NCBI RefSeq assembly: GCF_004010195.1
Contig: NC_057718.1
Span: 48,240,378 to 48,304,377, forward strand
DNA: 64,000 nucleotides
Direction of reading: 5' to 3'
DNA from: Chiloscyllium plagiosum
Lineage: Eukaryota
Every line of letters begins with the position of its first letter. Positions within the stretch are counted from its first letter, which is position 1. Both the position numbers and the translations under genes were made by a program. This document shows positions 13,073 through 26,992 of the stretch, piece by piece. The notes under the pieces were generated by a model. It was not told the origin of the DNA. It searched no databases and was given only the letters and a program-made list of their open reading frames with translations.

Positions 13073-13398
13073 ATCATTCTTAGAATTGCTACAGTGTGGC
13101 AATGGCCATTTGGCCCATCGTGTCCACATCTACACTCTAATGAGCAGCCCATCGGGACCCATGTGATAAGCCTGCATTTCCCATGGCTAATCCACCTAGC
13201 CTGCACATCCCCTCATAGTCAATCCACCCCTAACCTACACTGTGGACTGTGGGAGGAAACTGGAGCATGAAGAGGAAACCCACATAGACACATGGAGAAT
13301 GTGCAAACTCCACACAGTCACCCGAGGGTGGAATCAAATCTGGTTCCCTGGCACTGTGTTTGGCAGCAGTGCTAGCCACTGAGTCATCGTGTTGCCCC
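13073..13398 (-). mobile_element. HE1-like V-SINE
   Basis: Reverse complement of a tRNA-like head (gactcagtggctagcactgctgcc) and the V-domain (gtgtggagtttgcacattctcc). Confidence 0.85.
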
Positions 13399-13654
13399 AT
13401 TGTTCCTACCAAAATTAATAATCTCAGACTTCTTTGCATAACCCATGGAATTTTCTGCCAGAGAAAGCAGTTGAGGAAAGTACATTGAATTTTTCAAAAA
13501 GGAGTTAAACAATTCTTAGGGCGAAAGGGAATGGAGTGAAAGTAGGAACAGGGTATTTGAATTGGATAATCAAGTTGAATGGCACTTCAGACTCAAAGGG
13601 CCAAATGGCCAACTCTTGTGCTCTTAAAATATTTTCTAATCAAACTATTCAAAG

Positions 13655-13745
13655 ATTCTATGACACACCTCTGGAGCAGGTGGGACTAGAACCCAGGCTT
13701 CCTAGTCTAGGAGTAGGGGCACTATCACTGCACCACAAGAACACC
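13655..13745 (-). mobile_element. Short tRNA-derived SINE fragment
   Basis: Minus strand tggtgcagtgatagtg...gggttctagtccc resembles Pol III A and B boxes. Confidence 0.5.
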
Positions 13746-16700
13746 CTCTACTTGTGCTCTAATTTTCATTATTTTTACTTGCTGTACGTATGGCCACTCC
13801 ACAAACCAGTCCATATCCTTTTGAGGTTTAAAACTATCGCCCTCACCGTCACAAGACTTCCATCTTTCTTTAGTGTCCTCCAAAAACGTTGATATTGCTC
13901 CCGGTACACCAAAGATTAGATCAATGAAATATGTCAAGAAGGACAGAGTCCTAATACTGATCCCAGGATATGTCCATGCAAGTGACTGCCAAATTTTCTC
14001 TGTAATTGTGAAACAATGAATTACTGCGATTCTTCCATTCCATGAATAGGTAAGCACTAGATGCTGGAGGAGAAGTAGTATCCACTATTGCAGCACATAG
14101 TCTTTCTGGCCTCTTGAGGACTTAAGGGATGTTGCAGAGTACTCATATCAAGTATCCTTGATTGTTGAGTTTGCTTCATTTCATGTGCAGAAAGAGGCAA
14201 TAATCTGGAGGAGTTGCATGTGAAAGTCACAGAGAAACAACTGCAGGAGGACACTCAAGGACAGAAGCAGGGAGACCAGCCTCCAAAGCTATTTCCCAGC
14301 TGCCAGCAGGATTTCACTATTCCTAATTTAGATCAAACCTGCCTGGACACATGACCAATTGCGCCCTCACTTCCACTCTCTCAATATCAGTTCGTGAACT
14401 TATGAGTGTCTGATTTCAAAGGATGGCAGTCAAGTGTTTTGAAATCTTTAGAGAGGAATTCTGAAATGGTCATAGGACAGGATTAAACATAGAGGGTTTT
14501 GGTTGGACCAGCAGTGGGTGGGATATAAGGACCTTAATGGCCACTAGCATTTGAAAATTTCAGTGAGCTCATAGGACACTAGTATTATCTCTATGTGACT
14601 ACTTGTACCTGATTTTTTTCTACCTGGGTAACTTCATACCTCAGATGGCACCATGTGTGGAGACATTGCACACTTGTCACTGTACCCATGTACTTCTGTA
14701 CCTCAGCAAACGTGACAATAAAGCTTAAATCAAATCAAATTAATGAGATGGTCATTCATTTTCAGTATTAATCACAACAGTTGCAGATGGACTGGCAGTC
14801 GTAAGTAGTGTGCTGTTACTTTTCTCATATCACCACCTCATTCCTGCTCCAAACCATGGATGAAAATGAGTCTTTGATTTCCCTGACCCAAGCAATCAAT
14901 GAAAATCTGAACATTCTTGGCTAGTCCTCACTCATCCTCCCAATGTCAAAACATTTTCATCTCAATTGCTTGGATGACAATCTACAGAATCAATGTAAAC
15001 AGAATTAAAATGGGACAGATTTGATAACAGATAAGCTATTCTTTCCAGCAAAATCCACCTAGATGGTGAAGATGAGAATAAATTCCAATTTAGTTTTGCA
15101 CATTTCAGATCTCACTCTCTGAAATGAAACTCAGCAAATACTATTCTCGAAGCATGTATTAAGGAAATATTTAAGTCTCTGTAAATCCAGTGGCTGTTAC
15201 CGTGGTGCTTCGACTTTCTGAGTTGGTGTATGCTGTGTGGACTAACTATTGTGGTATTTATTTTGCATTTGAATCCTTGTGGTTAGTGTCTCTAAAGTCA
15301 CCATGAAGCCTACGTTCCAGAAAATGCTCCTGGATTTCATGTAGCCCCGTCATTTGTATCACTATAATGGGCCTGCTTCAGTCTGTTGTTTGGGCAACAT
15401 GTGATTACCTGATTTCTGACTTTTCAAAAGTCATGGGGAAACTTGTGTGGATATGCTAAAATTGAGATATTGCGAATTACTCACTGCTAGCTCTGTCCAG
15501 ACTACGATACATGCCTCTAGGAGGGAAACTACTCTTTTCTGAGTGCAGTCCCACTTCCATCATTGCTGACATTCTTACCAAAACTAAGAAAACCATGTGT
15601 CTGAACATTCCCTTTGGGTTCAGGAAATGAGACAGACCTCAACTTTGGTAACAGTGTTCCGATGCTTGCCATAAATTTCAGCTTTCAGAGATGTAAGTGG
15701 GAAAAATTTAGGTCTAGCACCTCCCTAAACCATGCTGAGGTAGCAACGTGCCAAATGTCAAGGTGGATGAAAAGAAAACTCACTTAATTCACTGGAACAT
15801 TGATGTAGAGAAGTGCACCTATGTTATGCTCTCTGGTTCTCATCCCTCTGATACGTTTTCATATTCCTCCATATATCCTCAATTGCATCTCATCAAATAT
15901 CCAATATGTACAGACCTCATGAGCTTTGTAAACACAAGCCCATTCATACTTCAGCAAAAGATATCTAGTTGTACTGAAGAAACCCTCTTAAGTGGTCCTA
16001 AAGTTATGAATAGACAGATAACCCTATAATAAACTAACTATCAATTGCAAAACCCTCTTAGTCTCTTGGATTACTGTTTGCTGTGGATTATTAACATTCT
16101 TTGAAACTCAGCTAAGCATTCATAGCATCATAGCTCACTACTATGAGCCCTTTAGAAATTAAAGCAATAGTTGGTTAGGATTTTCTCTGCTACAATTCTG
16201 ATTCAAAGGAGTCCAGGAGTTAATAATCTTTTCCCTAAGTTAATGCAACTGGCCAATGATTTTTCTATGGAAAATAGCATGGACATTAAGCTCATTGTTT
16301 ATATTATGGCAGGAGGATGTATTAAATCATTTTCATTTTCCAATGGTAAAGGCACTGTAATGCATTTCGACATTTTCACAATCCTGTAAATGCAGCAGTC
16401 TGGTTGCCTTACCAGGATCAAAACCAATGATCAATCACTGCATGCAGTTAATCTGTCAGTCAGCATCTAAAAGTGACATTTAAGGTTGCCAAAAGCCATT
16501 TGAACTTTACTGTCAGAAGGTTTGTTCTACAGTTTCCAAACTGCTATTTCCTGGTGGAGTTCCCACAGACTTCCAAAACTCTCTTGATCTGACAACTATA
16601 CCATAGAGCTTTAAATTCAAATTTACTTTTGGCATTTTCAATAGAGACCTAATATAATTTGACCTGCATATGGGTAAGTGATTTGAACATTAACTTTTCT

Positions 16701-17109
16701 AAGAAAATATTGTCTCCAATTGAACTGGTAGGTGGTGGGAGAGGTGATTTACTGGTATCTGTGTCCTTATTTTTCTGCTAGTTGACCTTTTTTCACCTTT
16801 TTGTAAGAGATAAAAAAATCTAGCCTTTCAGATGGCTTTTTACTCCTGCCCCTTACTGTCCACCAATTGCCAGAAATACTCCTTAAAAATAAATGTATAT
16901 AGGGTGTAAACTTTGATAGGTTGAACATCTATCACCCTCGAGAAGGCCTTGGGCAGCCGACATCTTGAATATATCTGAGTAGCTCGCTAGATCACTTCAG
17001 AAGACAGTTAAGTATAAAGAAAGTAAGGATGGCAAATTTCTGCTTTGTTGAAGATCATTACTGAACTGGATAGGCTTTTACAACTGATATAAAGGTGCAC
17101 TTTGTAAAC

Positions 17110-17820
17110 AAAGCTAATCTGACTTTAATAACATGCACAAGGAATCTTGCAAAGTTAACTTCACTTATGAATTCAACTGGAGCCAAAAGCAGGCAATCAA
17201 GCTGTGCTGGCCTTTATATCTAGAAATCTGTAATACAAGGATGCAAATGTTATGCTGTAGTTATACAAAATACTGGTTACACCCAACTTGGAGTACTCTG
17301 AGCAGATCTGGGCACCACACCTAAGGAAGGCCTTGGAGAGGATATAACATAGCTTAAACCCTGAAGTCCAGGTGTCATTCGTATTAACCTAATGAGGAGA
17401 GATAATACAAATTAGGCCTATTTTCTCTAGACTTTAGAAGGTTAAAGGGTGATCTGATCAAAGTTTTTAAGATATTAACAGGAAAACACAGGGTAAATAT
17501 AATCTATTTATACTGTTTGAGGATTCTAGAACTAAGGGGCATGGTCTGAGAATTAGGGCCATGTCATTCAGGAGAGATATTAGGAAGCACTTCTATAAAC
17601 AAGGAGTGCTACATATTTGGAACTCTCTCCCACAAATGGCAGTGGATGCTGGATCAGTTGTTAATTTTAAATCTGTGATAGATAATTTTTTTGTGAAGCA
17701 AAGATATTAAGGGATATAACCAAAGGCAGTATATGGATTTAAACCACAAATCAGTTATAATCACATTTTATGGTGGAATTACTCAAGGGCGTAATGAGTA
17801 CTCCTGTTCCTATGTTCCTA
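17110..17820 (+). mobile_element. Degenerate CR1 LINE 3' fragment
   Basis: LFSLDFRRLKGDLIKVFKIL and SRTKGH remnants; tgttcctatgttcc tail. Confidence 0.8.
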
Positions 17821-18686
17821 ATACTATATTCCTATTCTTAAAAGGTAATTATCGGAAATTGTTAAATAATTCTAGGATTCCAGGACAGTCCATTGAACTT
17901 TGGAAAGGTACGAAATCTCAAACTTTGAAATGTTGAACAGGAGATGGGTGGGATGTAGCAGGAATTTAAGCATTATTCGCATTGCTTTGTGAAACAATGA
18001 TTCAACAAGAATAACCATTATTGTCATTTTGTTTAATTGTTCTGGTTCAAAATAATCATTTTTGAGGCATCCAGGATTACTTTACTGAGCCAGGCCACCA
18101 AGATCTACAACATGCAACCTCCAAATATTTGACTACAGAAGCCATCACATTTGTTGATTGTGGCTTCAAGTTCTCAACACCTTAACTTCAGAAGCCTGCC
18201 TGCAACAATAGTACAAAATAATCTCAGTTTTGTTTTCTTAGATAACTTTTATCCTTACTCTAAGTCTTTGTATCTGCACCATTATTATTTTTTACTTGAG
18301 TATTTTTTAGCAATAGTTATGTAAAAGCATATTTTGCTTTCTTTAAAGCATAAAGCATAGCTACTGATTATTTTGTATGTTGAAACATGTAAAAACTAAT
18401 AGTGGGCTGCAAATGAGTTTAAACCAATTTTTAGTTCATGGGCCACTCTGAGAAAATGCCCAGTGTGTAGATATGACACTACAATATGATGGTTTCATTC
18501 ATAATATTTTTGTTATTTTGTAGCCTGTATTTCATTAATTGAATTTCAGTCCAAAGTAGGATTTAAATTCAAGTCTCTGCTTTGGATCATTAGTCTAGGT
18601 ATGTGGGATTACTAGAGCAATCGCATGCCACTATGCCATCATACCTTCCATTAACTCTAAAGACTTAAACTGAACAGTGTGGTGAT

Positions 18687-18800
18687 TGTCACGAGGTCAG
18701 CCAGGTAGACCTCATAGAATATGAGTCCCCTGATTTGGGTTGTTTAATTTGGTCCAATCGGGGAGTCCTGACTGACAGAAACAGGAGTACCAGCCTCTGT
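18687..18800 (+). mobile_element. Possible LTR 5' fragment
   Basis: Starts TGTCACGAGG; the sequence resembles Gypsy-type LTR beginnings. No internal domain nearby. Confidence 0.35.
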
Positions 18801-19825
18801 GGAGTTATTTCAAACAGGTTCCATGGTGGAGGGACAATCCGCTCTGCCAGATGTGTGCCCAGAGGTGAAGATAGAAATTTCAGAGAAATATGTCTTCTTA
18901 TGATTATTTTTTGCTTAATTTGTCCTGTAATTTTAGTCAGTTTTAATATCTGAAGTGAACTAATACGTTCACCGTTTAAACTGAAATAAAAAGCAAAACA
19001 AAATAATGCACCTACCAATTTTTTTTCATTGCTTGATATTCCTCCTGAAACAGCTGATTGACTTGACACTGAGTGTTGCTATTCAGAGCTTTCATACAGC
19101 TCTTCAACCAACTTAAATGAGTCTATCAGTCAGTTATTAGATTCCAGATGGTACACTCACTCTGATTAATGTGATTACTAACATTATTGCTCTTCCCTTG
19201 TCAACAGCAGTGGGAACTCCTCACACAATAGTTTATAAACAGCTCTAATTCAACCTTAATGGAAATTAATTGTTTTTCTTTTGCCATTGTCAGTTTGAGT
19301 ATTTTACTTTTAACCACAATTGCTCCAACCACAGTAGTAATTGGACAAAACAACAATGAACTGAAAACAAGTAGGAAAGGAAATGCAAAAGAAAAATATC
19401 CAGAACTGAAATTGTAATGAAGAGTATTCAGCATGGATACTGAAAGGAAAGGTTATGTCCAACAAGTTTTATTGCACTCTTTGAAGTAACGTAATGGGTT
19501 GATAAAGGTAATGCAACAGCAGTTTCCTTAAATTACATATCGCCAAATAGAGATGAAATATGATTTAAATAGACTGACCTAAACAGTAAATGTAATACAT
19601 TTTGGTTTCCAAATTGACCTTTGATAAAGGTCAATTCATCACTAAAGCCAGAACAAGTAGCAGTACGGATAACAAACTGGCAACAAAACATGTAGTTAAA
19701 AGTAGTTATCAAATTTTCAAATAATGAAAAGTGATGGACCATAAAAATTGGTGCTATGATGACTGTTGCCATTGTCTACATGAATTTGAGAAGTGGCAGA
19801 GCAACTTCAAAATTTTTCATACAAT

Positions 19826-20040
19826 AAAGGCCAAATACTGGCATGCTGAAAATTTGAAATTAAAATTGAAAATGCAAGAGAAATTCAGGTAGTATCCATA
19901 GAGAGAGAAATAGTTAAATGTTTCAAGTCAAATGATTCTTCTTCAGAACCTGAAGAAGTAATATTGAACTCGAAACGTTAACTCTTTTCTCTCCACAAAT
20001 GTCACTAGGCCTGCTGAGTTTCTCCAGCAATTTCTGAACT
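19826..20040. mobile_element. Short palindromic PLE-terminus-derived element
   Basis: Imperfect inverted arms centred on ttcttcag-aac-ctgaagaa. The right arm has CTGAAGA...GAAACGTT (19950-19979). Confidence 0.65.
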
Positions 20041-20194
20041 TAATTCAAAATTTGCAGATGGCCCCAAATTGATAGGGCAGAGTGTAGTTAATTACAAAAG
20101 AGTACTGTGGGGAAGCACTATTGAAAATGCAGAATAGTTGTGTAATAGGCAAATGAAGTTGAATGTTGATCAATGTAAGGAATGCATTTTTGTA

Positions 20195-20520
20195 GAATCA
20201 TAGAGTCATAGAGATGAGCAGCATGGAAATAGACTCTTCGGTCCAACCTGTCCATGCTGACCAGATATCCTAATCTATCTAGTTCCATTTTCCAGCACTT
20301 GGCCCATACCCCTCTAAATCCTTCCTATTCATATACCTATTCAGATGCCTTTTGAAATGTTTTTTAATCGTATCAGCCTCCACCACTTCCTCCACCACAT
20401 TCTATACATGCACTCCTCTGTGTGTGAAAAAGTTGCCCCTTAGGTCCATTTTAAATTTTTCCCCTCTCACTCTAAACCTATGCCCTCTAGTTCTGGACTT
20501 CCCTCCCCAGGAAAAAAAAA
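20195..20520 (-). mobile_element. CR1 LINE 3' end
   Basis: Minus-strand SRTRGHRFRVRGEKFKMDLRGNFFTHR; (atagagtc) tail. Confidence 0.88.
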
Positions 20521-21279
20521 CTTCTTGGAGGTTAGAATCTAAACAAAGAAGAACAGAGGGCTCAGGATAGAACAAATACACAAACACCAAAAACAGTAAC
20601 AAAAGTTATTGGATTATTAAAAGAAAATGAAAATGTTGAATAGGATTGTAAAACAGGGAAGTTAGTTCAAATTTTGTTGATCCTTGATTAGATTGCACAT
20701 AGATTGCAGGGATCATTTCTGGTCTTCATAACATAGAAAAAGACATGGGGGCTCTGGAGAGAGTATAAAAATTGTTTACCTTAATGATCCCAAAATTGAT
20801 AGATTACACCCATCAGTAAATACTAAAACGGCTCATTTCCCAAGAAAAAGGAGTGAAGATAACATAATAGAGATCTTTAATTTTATGAAACAGTTTGTGA
20901 GTGTAGATACAGAGCATTTTTCACCTGCAAGTGAAGTCAGATTAGGGGCCATTAAAGAAGATAGTCCCACTAAAATACAATAGGGAATTCAGAAGAAACC
21001 TCATTTCTCAGGGGGTGTCTAGGATTGCAATTTGTAATGAATGGTTGGGACAACTTGTACGGATGCATTTATGGGGGAACTAGTGAGCACATTTGGGAGA
21101 AAGGAATAGAAGGACATTCTGATGGGGTTAGATTGGGGTGGCAGTAGGCTCATGTATATTGAAGTGGAAAATATTTCCATTTTGTCCTAACAAGAACAAA
21201 AAAGGCAAAAAGGAAATTAAATAGGAAACGAAAATGTGAGACAAAGGTTAAAACAACTATTTAAAAAAAATCAATAGTA

Positions 21280-21424
21280 GACAAAGTTAAAAATCACACT
21301 ACACCAGTTAATAGTCTAGCAGGTTTATTTGGAAGCACTAGCTTTCGGAGTGCTGATCCTTCATCAGGTGGATGTGTGATTTTTAACTTTGTCCACCCGA
21401 GCCCAACACCAGCTCATCCACATT
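21280..21424 (-). mobile_element. Short PLE-derived element with hammerhead and 20-bp inverted repeat
   Basis: Perfect inverted repeat gacaaagttaaaaatcacac (21280-21299) / gtgtgatttttaactttgtc (21374-21393) enclosing a minus-strand hammerhead. Confidence 0.75.
21336..21370 (-). ncRNA. Minimal hammerhead ribozyme motif
   Basis: Minus strand: CAC-CUGAUGA-A-GGA-UCAGCAC-UCC-GAAA-GCUA-GUG. Helix I is CAC/GUG; helix III palindrome is AGCU. Confidence 0.75.
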
Positions 21425-21469
21425 CAATCTATAGTAGCTAGAAGATGATGAAAAGCCTCTTGTAAATAC

Positions 21470-22087
21470 TAATGAGGATTATTTCAAAATCTTGAGTCCC
21501 GACTTTTTGATTTTCTCATAACAATTTATAATCCAGTTTAGAAACAGAAGCAAGGTTTAATATATTAGACAACAATCCAACCATCATCAATTTGATTCTA
21601 AGAACCGCACTTTTCGATCTGGGAAGCAATTGATGATATCTACTTAATGATCCATGTCCTAATTTCATGCTGATGAAACAAGATAAAGATGACTAATTGC
21701 GTGTTTGTTTGGACGTGCATGAATTCTCGCCTACCTTATCGCACCATGACTGCAAAATCAGCCAGTCCCTTTCTATCCAAGGTTGTGCAACAGACAAAGC
21801 TCATTGTGGAAATCGGCTTAGACAGTCTCTATAGCAACTGCGAATCATAACAGAAGAGTGAGGGCTTCATCAGTGAATCATCTTCGTGATGGTGAAACAG
21901 AAGCAAACAAGTCCTGAGAAGGAGGACTCTTGCCGTTCTCTTTCTAACTTGGTCTGCCCAACACTTTTAATTTGAACATCAATACTCGAAATCCCTGCAA
22001 TGGGATCCGATTGAATATTCCACAACCCAGGCAGATCAGCGCACTTTCAGATGGCTTCTAAATAAGGGGGCTCGGGTCTTGACGACA
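21470..22087 (+). promoter_or_regulatory. Candidate RD3 promoter and non-coding first exon
   Basis: Repeat-free, locally CpG-enriched stretch ending in a donor-like A|GTAAGT (GT at 22088). CRX/OTX-type sites GGATTA (21476), TAATCC (21529) and GGCTTA (21815), plus an AT-flanked MAF/NRL half-site TGCTGA (21668). The first coding exon is preceded by an acceptor, so an upstream exon is required. Confidence 0.4.
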
Positions 22088-23100
22088 GTAAGTGATGCAC
22101 TTTGTTTATTATCTGTAATGTTAGTGTTTGCGAACTCATCCGCTCTGTTTATAGAAATACTTTCCAAACTGTGGTGCAGTCAATTGTAAACTATTGTTCC
22201 TTTTGATTTGTTTCCATTTGAAATTGAGGTTTACCTTTTGGTATTATTACCCAAAGGAGAGAGAAAAAGTAGTAAAATGAAACCCACAATATGATAAAGT
22301 AAAATTCCATCTCCATAATATAATTTGCCTAATAACGACTCTATATTAACTAATGCCAATCAGCATAGGGTCGGTGAATATCTTGTGTTCTGCGACTGAA
22401 GGCAGACTACTCAGTGATGAGCCAGTTTAAAAGGTGTGTGGACATTTATCTGAATAGCGATTCAGATTCCATATTGAGGGAAGGCTGGCTTCATCAGAAT
22501 AAGGCTGCCCGGGTGGAATGGGAAAATCTGTAAATGAATAAAATGACATTGGATCAGTGGGAGCTGTTCAAATAGATTTTAACGTATTACAGAAGAAATT
22601 TAAACTGGTTAGGGTTAAGAATTCAATTTGCCAATGACGTAATCGTGGGTAGCTAAAGTCACATTAGACAATATCAAATTGGGGGAAAAATTATATAAAA
22701 CTGAAAACTAAAACAGATCCCAAGGTTAAAAAAAAGACAAATATCGATATTAAGCGTTACAAAAAGGGGTCGTGGAAAGAAAATGGCATGAGATTTCAAA
22801 AGCATTCTGATTATTTATAAATGAATTAGGAAAATAGACAGGTCAAGAGTAATTTAGGCCTCATTCACAAAATCATTGATCAGCTTATGAAAAGAAATAC
22901 GGACATGCTGAATAATTACTTTGCATCACGACTTACAGGAAAAGGAGAGGAAAGTGTGTTGGACGTCCTAAAGTCATTATATAGATTAGGGACTCACCAA
23001 AGTGAACATTCAAATTAATAGCAATGAACACCTGGAGGTATGCCATGTATTTATATTGTCTCTCCATGTACTTCCTACCAAAACAAATCATCCTACGTTT

Positions 23101-24000
23101 ATATAGAGTCATAGAGATATATAGCATGGAAAAAGACCCTTTGGTCCAACATCTCCATGCCAACCAGATATCCCAACCCAATCTAGTCCCACTTGCCAGC
23201 ACCCGGCCCATATCCATCCAAACCCTTTCTATTCATATACCCAATCGGATGCCTTTTAAATATTGCAATTGTACCAGCCTCCACCACTTACTCTGTGTGA
23301 AAAAGTTGCCCCTTAGGGCTCTTTTATATCTTTCCTCTCTCACCCTAAACCTTTGCCCTCTACTTCTGGACTACACCACCCCAGGGAAAAGACGTATCCA
23401 CGCATCTCATGATTTTATAAACCTCTATAAGGTCATCCCTCAGCCTCCGATGCTGTAGGGAAAACAACCCTAGACTATTCAACCTCTCCCTATGGCTCAA
23501 ATCCTCCAACCCTGGCAACATTCTTGTAAATCTTTTCTGAACCCTTTCAAGTTATACAACATCCTTCCTGTAGGAAAGAGACCAGAATTGCATGCAATAT
23601 TCCAAAGGTGGCCTAACCAATGTCCTGTATGGCCGCAACATGACTTCCCAATTCCTGTACTCAATACTCTGACCAATAAAGGAAAGCATACCAACATCTT
23701 CTTCACTATCCTATCTACCTGCAACTGTACTTTCAAGGAGCTATGAACCTGCACTCCAAGGCCCCTTTGTTCAGCAACACTCCCCAGGACCTTACCATTA
23801 AGTGTAAAAGTCCTGCTAAAATTTGCTTTCCTAAAATACAGCACCTTGCATTTATCTAAATTAAACTCCATCTGCCACTCCTCAGCCCATTGGCCCATCT
23901 GATCAAGATTCCGCTGTAATCTGGGGTAACCTTCTTCGTTGTCCACCATACCTCCAATTTTGGTGTCATTTGCAAACTTACTAACTACACCTCTTATATG
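23101..24000 (-). mobile_element. CR1 (HER1-like) LINE 3' fragment
   Basis: SKFANDTKIGG...WAEEWQMEFNLDKCKVL; CR1 3' UTR and tail. Confidence 0.92.
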
Positions 24001-26992
24001 CATTGAAATTAATGCTATTTGCCTGCCTATTCCACAAAATCATGGATTCATCGATGTTTACAACAGTGAACTGTGATGATCAACAAAGTTTTGACTACAC
24101 TAACTCCACTTTCCAGTTTTTGGTTTGTAGTTCTGGAGGCTATGGCAACAGAATTGAATAACTAAGTATTGCTTAAATGTTTATGAGTGTGTCTGACTCA
24201 ACCGCTCTTTCAGCAGTGAGCTCCAGACTCTCATCACCCTCTGAAAAATAATTCCATTCAACTCTCCTTTTAGCCTTCAACTACTTCCAACATATATTTT
24301 TCCCTTATGAATTTAACAAATGTGCCATGTATAGGGTGAAAAACAATTTTAATACATAGCTATGTATATATATATTCAGTGACTGTTTTAGACTCACAGC
24401 AATCATGTAACTGGACTGAGCAATAATCTACCACAAATTTCTCAGGTGTCAATGTCAGAAAATCACCATTTCATGCAGGTCCTGGTGGGTCTGGAATATT
24501 AAATATTATGGTATAATCTGACAGTGGCATTAATTTCAAAGGGAAAAGAAACCTTTCAACAGATAGAATTGCAAGCTACACATATCCTACAGAATATGTT
24601 CATGACTTTCCATGTAGCCAACAGTCTGTGGTTCATTCCGGGTTCACCTGCAATGTCAACATTTATCTCAATGCTTCTCCCCTTCTAGTAATAGTTTCTC
24701 GGTCTCATGGTTCCAGTTGCCTTTTTAACCAGACAGTTTTCGAACAGAGGTTAGTTTAGGAGTCAGCATTGCATCATTCAGCGTCTTCTGACAATATCAA
24801 CATGACCCTTTCCAGGTTACAAGGGAAAAGCCTCTGACCCTTAAAGACACCTGTCTGTAGTTGTGGTCTCTGCAAATACAATATCCATCAAAACAGTGAA
24901 GCAGAATTCATATGTCAGTAAAACATCAAACTGCGACATGAGAACTTGCTCCTCGTCCAAACCATTAGACTCCTCCACCCAATAACACAAGTGTCTCTAT
25001 GCAAGTAATTGCTTTGAGTTAATTCTCTGTGAAGCTGTTTATTTTCTTATCCCTTATCTTGACCCTCTCTCTCAAGGTCAGTTTGAAACCTTATTTCTGT
25101 TTTTTTTTATGAAGCCTTTTCATTCCAAATTCAAATCTTTTGCTCTTATTTATCTCTTTCTTGTTTGAACTATTTCATTTATTTTTCTTGCTGCTTCCAC
25201 TGCGATTGAATTTTAGCTTATTCAGATTAATTACTATTTAGATTTATTTTCATCCTTCCATTTGCAAATGTTTTAACACCAATTATGTCTGTTTTTTGTT
25301 TCTGCTTTAAATTCCGGTTGAAACGTTTCTGCTGATACTAGCAAACCAGACCTTTTTATTTTCTGCAATTCTTTCAGGGATAAATCTACCTTGCTTCTCC
25401 AGAAAAGTTGGAACAGCTGGCAAAGCCATTACGGTAGGCGTACAAAATTCACTATGAAATCTCAGCAGGTCCTGGCACCTTTTTGCAGACTTCAGTTCCT
25501 GCAAGAGCCACTCAAATTGTATTATGATCTCTGTTGAGAAGCCAAATTTATGTTCCAGTTTGGATGGAGATCAGTACTTCGTCTACAAAAATAAACATTG
25601 AGATTGCGGGCAATTGCTGAAGTAATAAAGTCACAAGATTCTATAGCTCTGAACAAAAATAAACTTAACAATACAAAGTAAGAACAGCATATCAACCTAA
25701 AAACATTATTTATATATATATATAATATATTTTATGTATATTATCAGTTTAAAGAGCATATGTGCTCTAACATTCAGAATTGACTGGGTTACCAGGAGTA
25801 CATTAAATGGCTGATGTCCTCAAGACAGATCCTACCCATTTCTCAGCAGTCCCCCAGTGTTAGACACACTGTGGGTAACCAAATCTAATGAAACATTGCC
25901 TCCTTTACAAAGGATTCAAATTCTTCACTTTAGAAGACCTAGATTGGGAACTCCCCCAAATGCTACTTCAATGATTACACATGTTCAGTCTTTTCACCTG
26001 TGACTGTGTTGCATTCGAATTTTGAGGCTGCATGCCACTCATGGGCACTGTTATTAAACAGCTAGCTTCACTAAGCTAGCACTATCCCTGGGATGTCTTT
26101 GAGTTCAAATATTTCTCAGTTGTGCCAAGCTGTTATTGCGTATGGGCTTCCTTCGTCCCCATTCTCAGCTGCATTGAACTATCAATGGCTTTCAGGGACT
26201 TCTTCCCTTAACTGCCTGGAGTCTGCTACACTTGAGTGACCTGAAGCCAGTTCTTTACTTCAGCAGTCCTGCAGCTTTAACCTATCATGACCTTCTTCTA
26301 GCAAACACACACCCAGATTCGTTGAAACTATAGGGTTGTCTTAAGCTCCATCTGTCTCCATGATGACACTGCACGATGCCTTTCAACTTGACCTTTAAAG
26401 TTGACTATTCCTACTTGCAATTTCTTTTTCAATGAATTTGGAAGTTTTACACCCTTTCAAAGTTTTCTGTTTTTAAGCAAGTTTTGTTCTAATGCTCAAC
26501 CCCAACAAATCCTTCTATTCTGATTGTATCAAGCAAACATGTGTAGCCTCTTAAAGTAACATGAGCCAATGTTTGAAATATACCAAACATCAATGTGCTT
26601 CAATTGTAATTATCCCACTTTCTACTATTAAACATTTATCCTCAAAACTAAAAAATTATGTGCTAAAACATAATCAATCATTGACAATATGTATATTCAG
26701 GAATATTTAATACCTAGCCCTGTCCTTCATGGAACCAGGTCACTGTTATAGCCACAACATCAACATCATATTTGCACATGTCTATGTACATATGCAACTC
26801 ACCAATCTTACCACAAGTTCCTGTACATACATGGACATTAACCCAACTTAGACTATCACTCACTTCCATCCAATGATGCCCCACAACTTATTCTATTTTA
26901 TTCTATTGTTATTTTATTGTTACTCTATTCTAGTACTGTAAATCTCTCAATGTTCTGTATGGCTTTGTCTTGAGGATGATTATGAAACTGTC

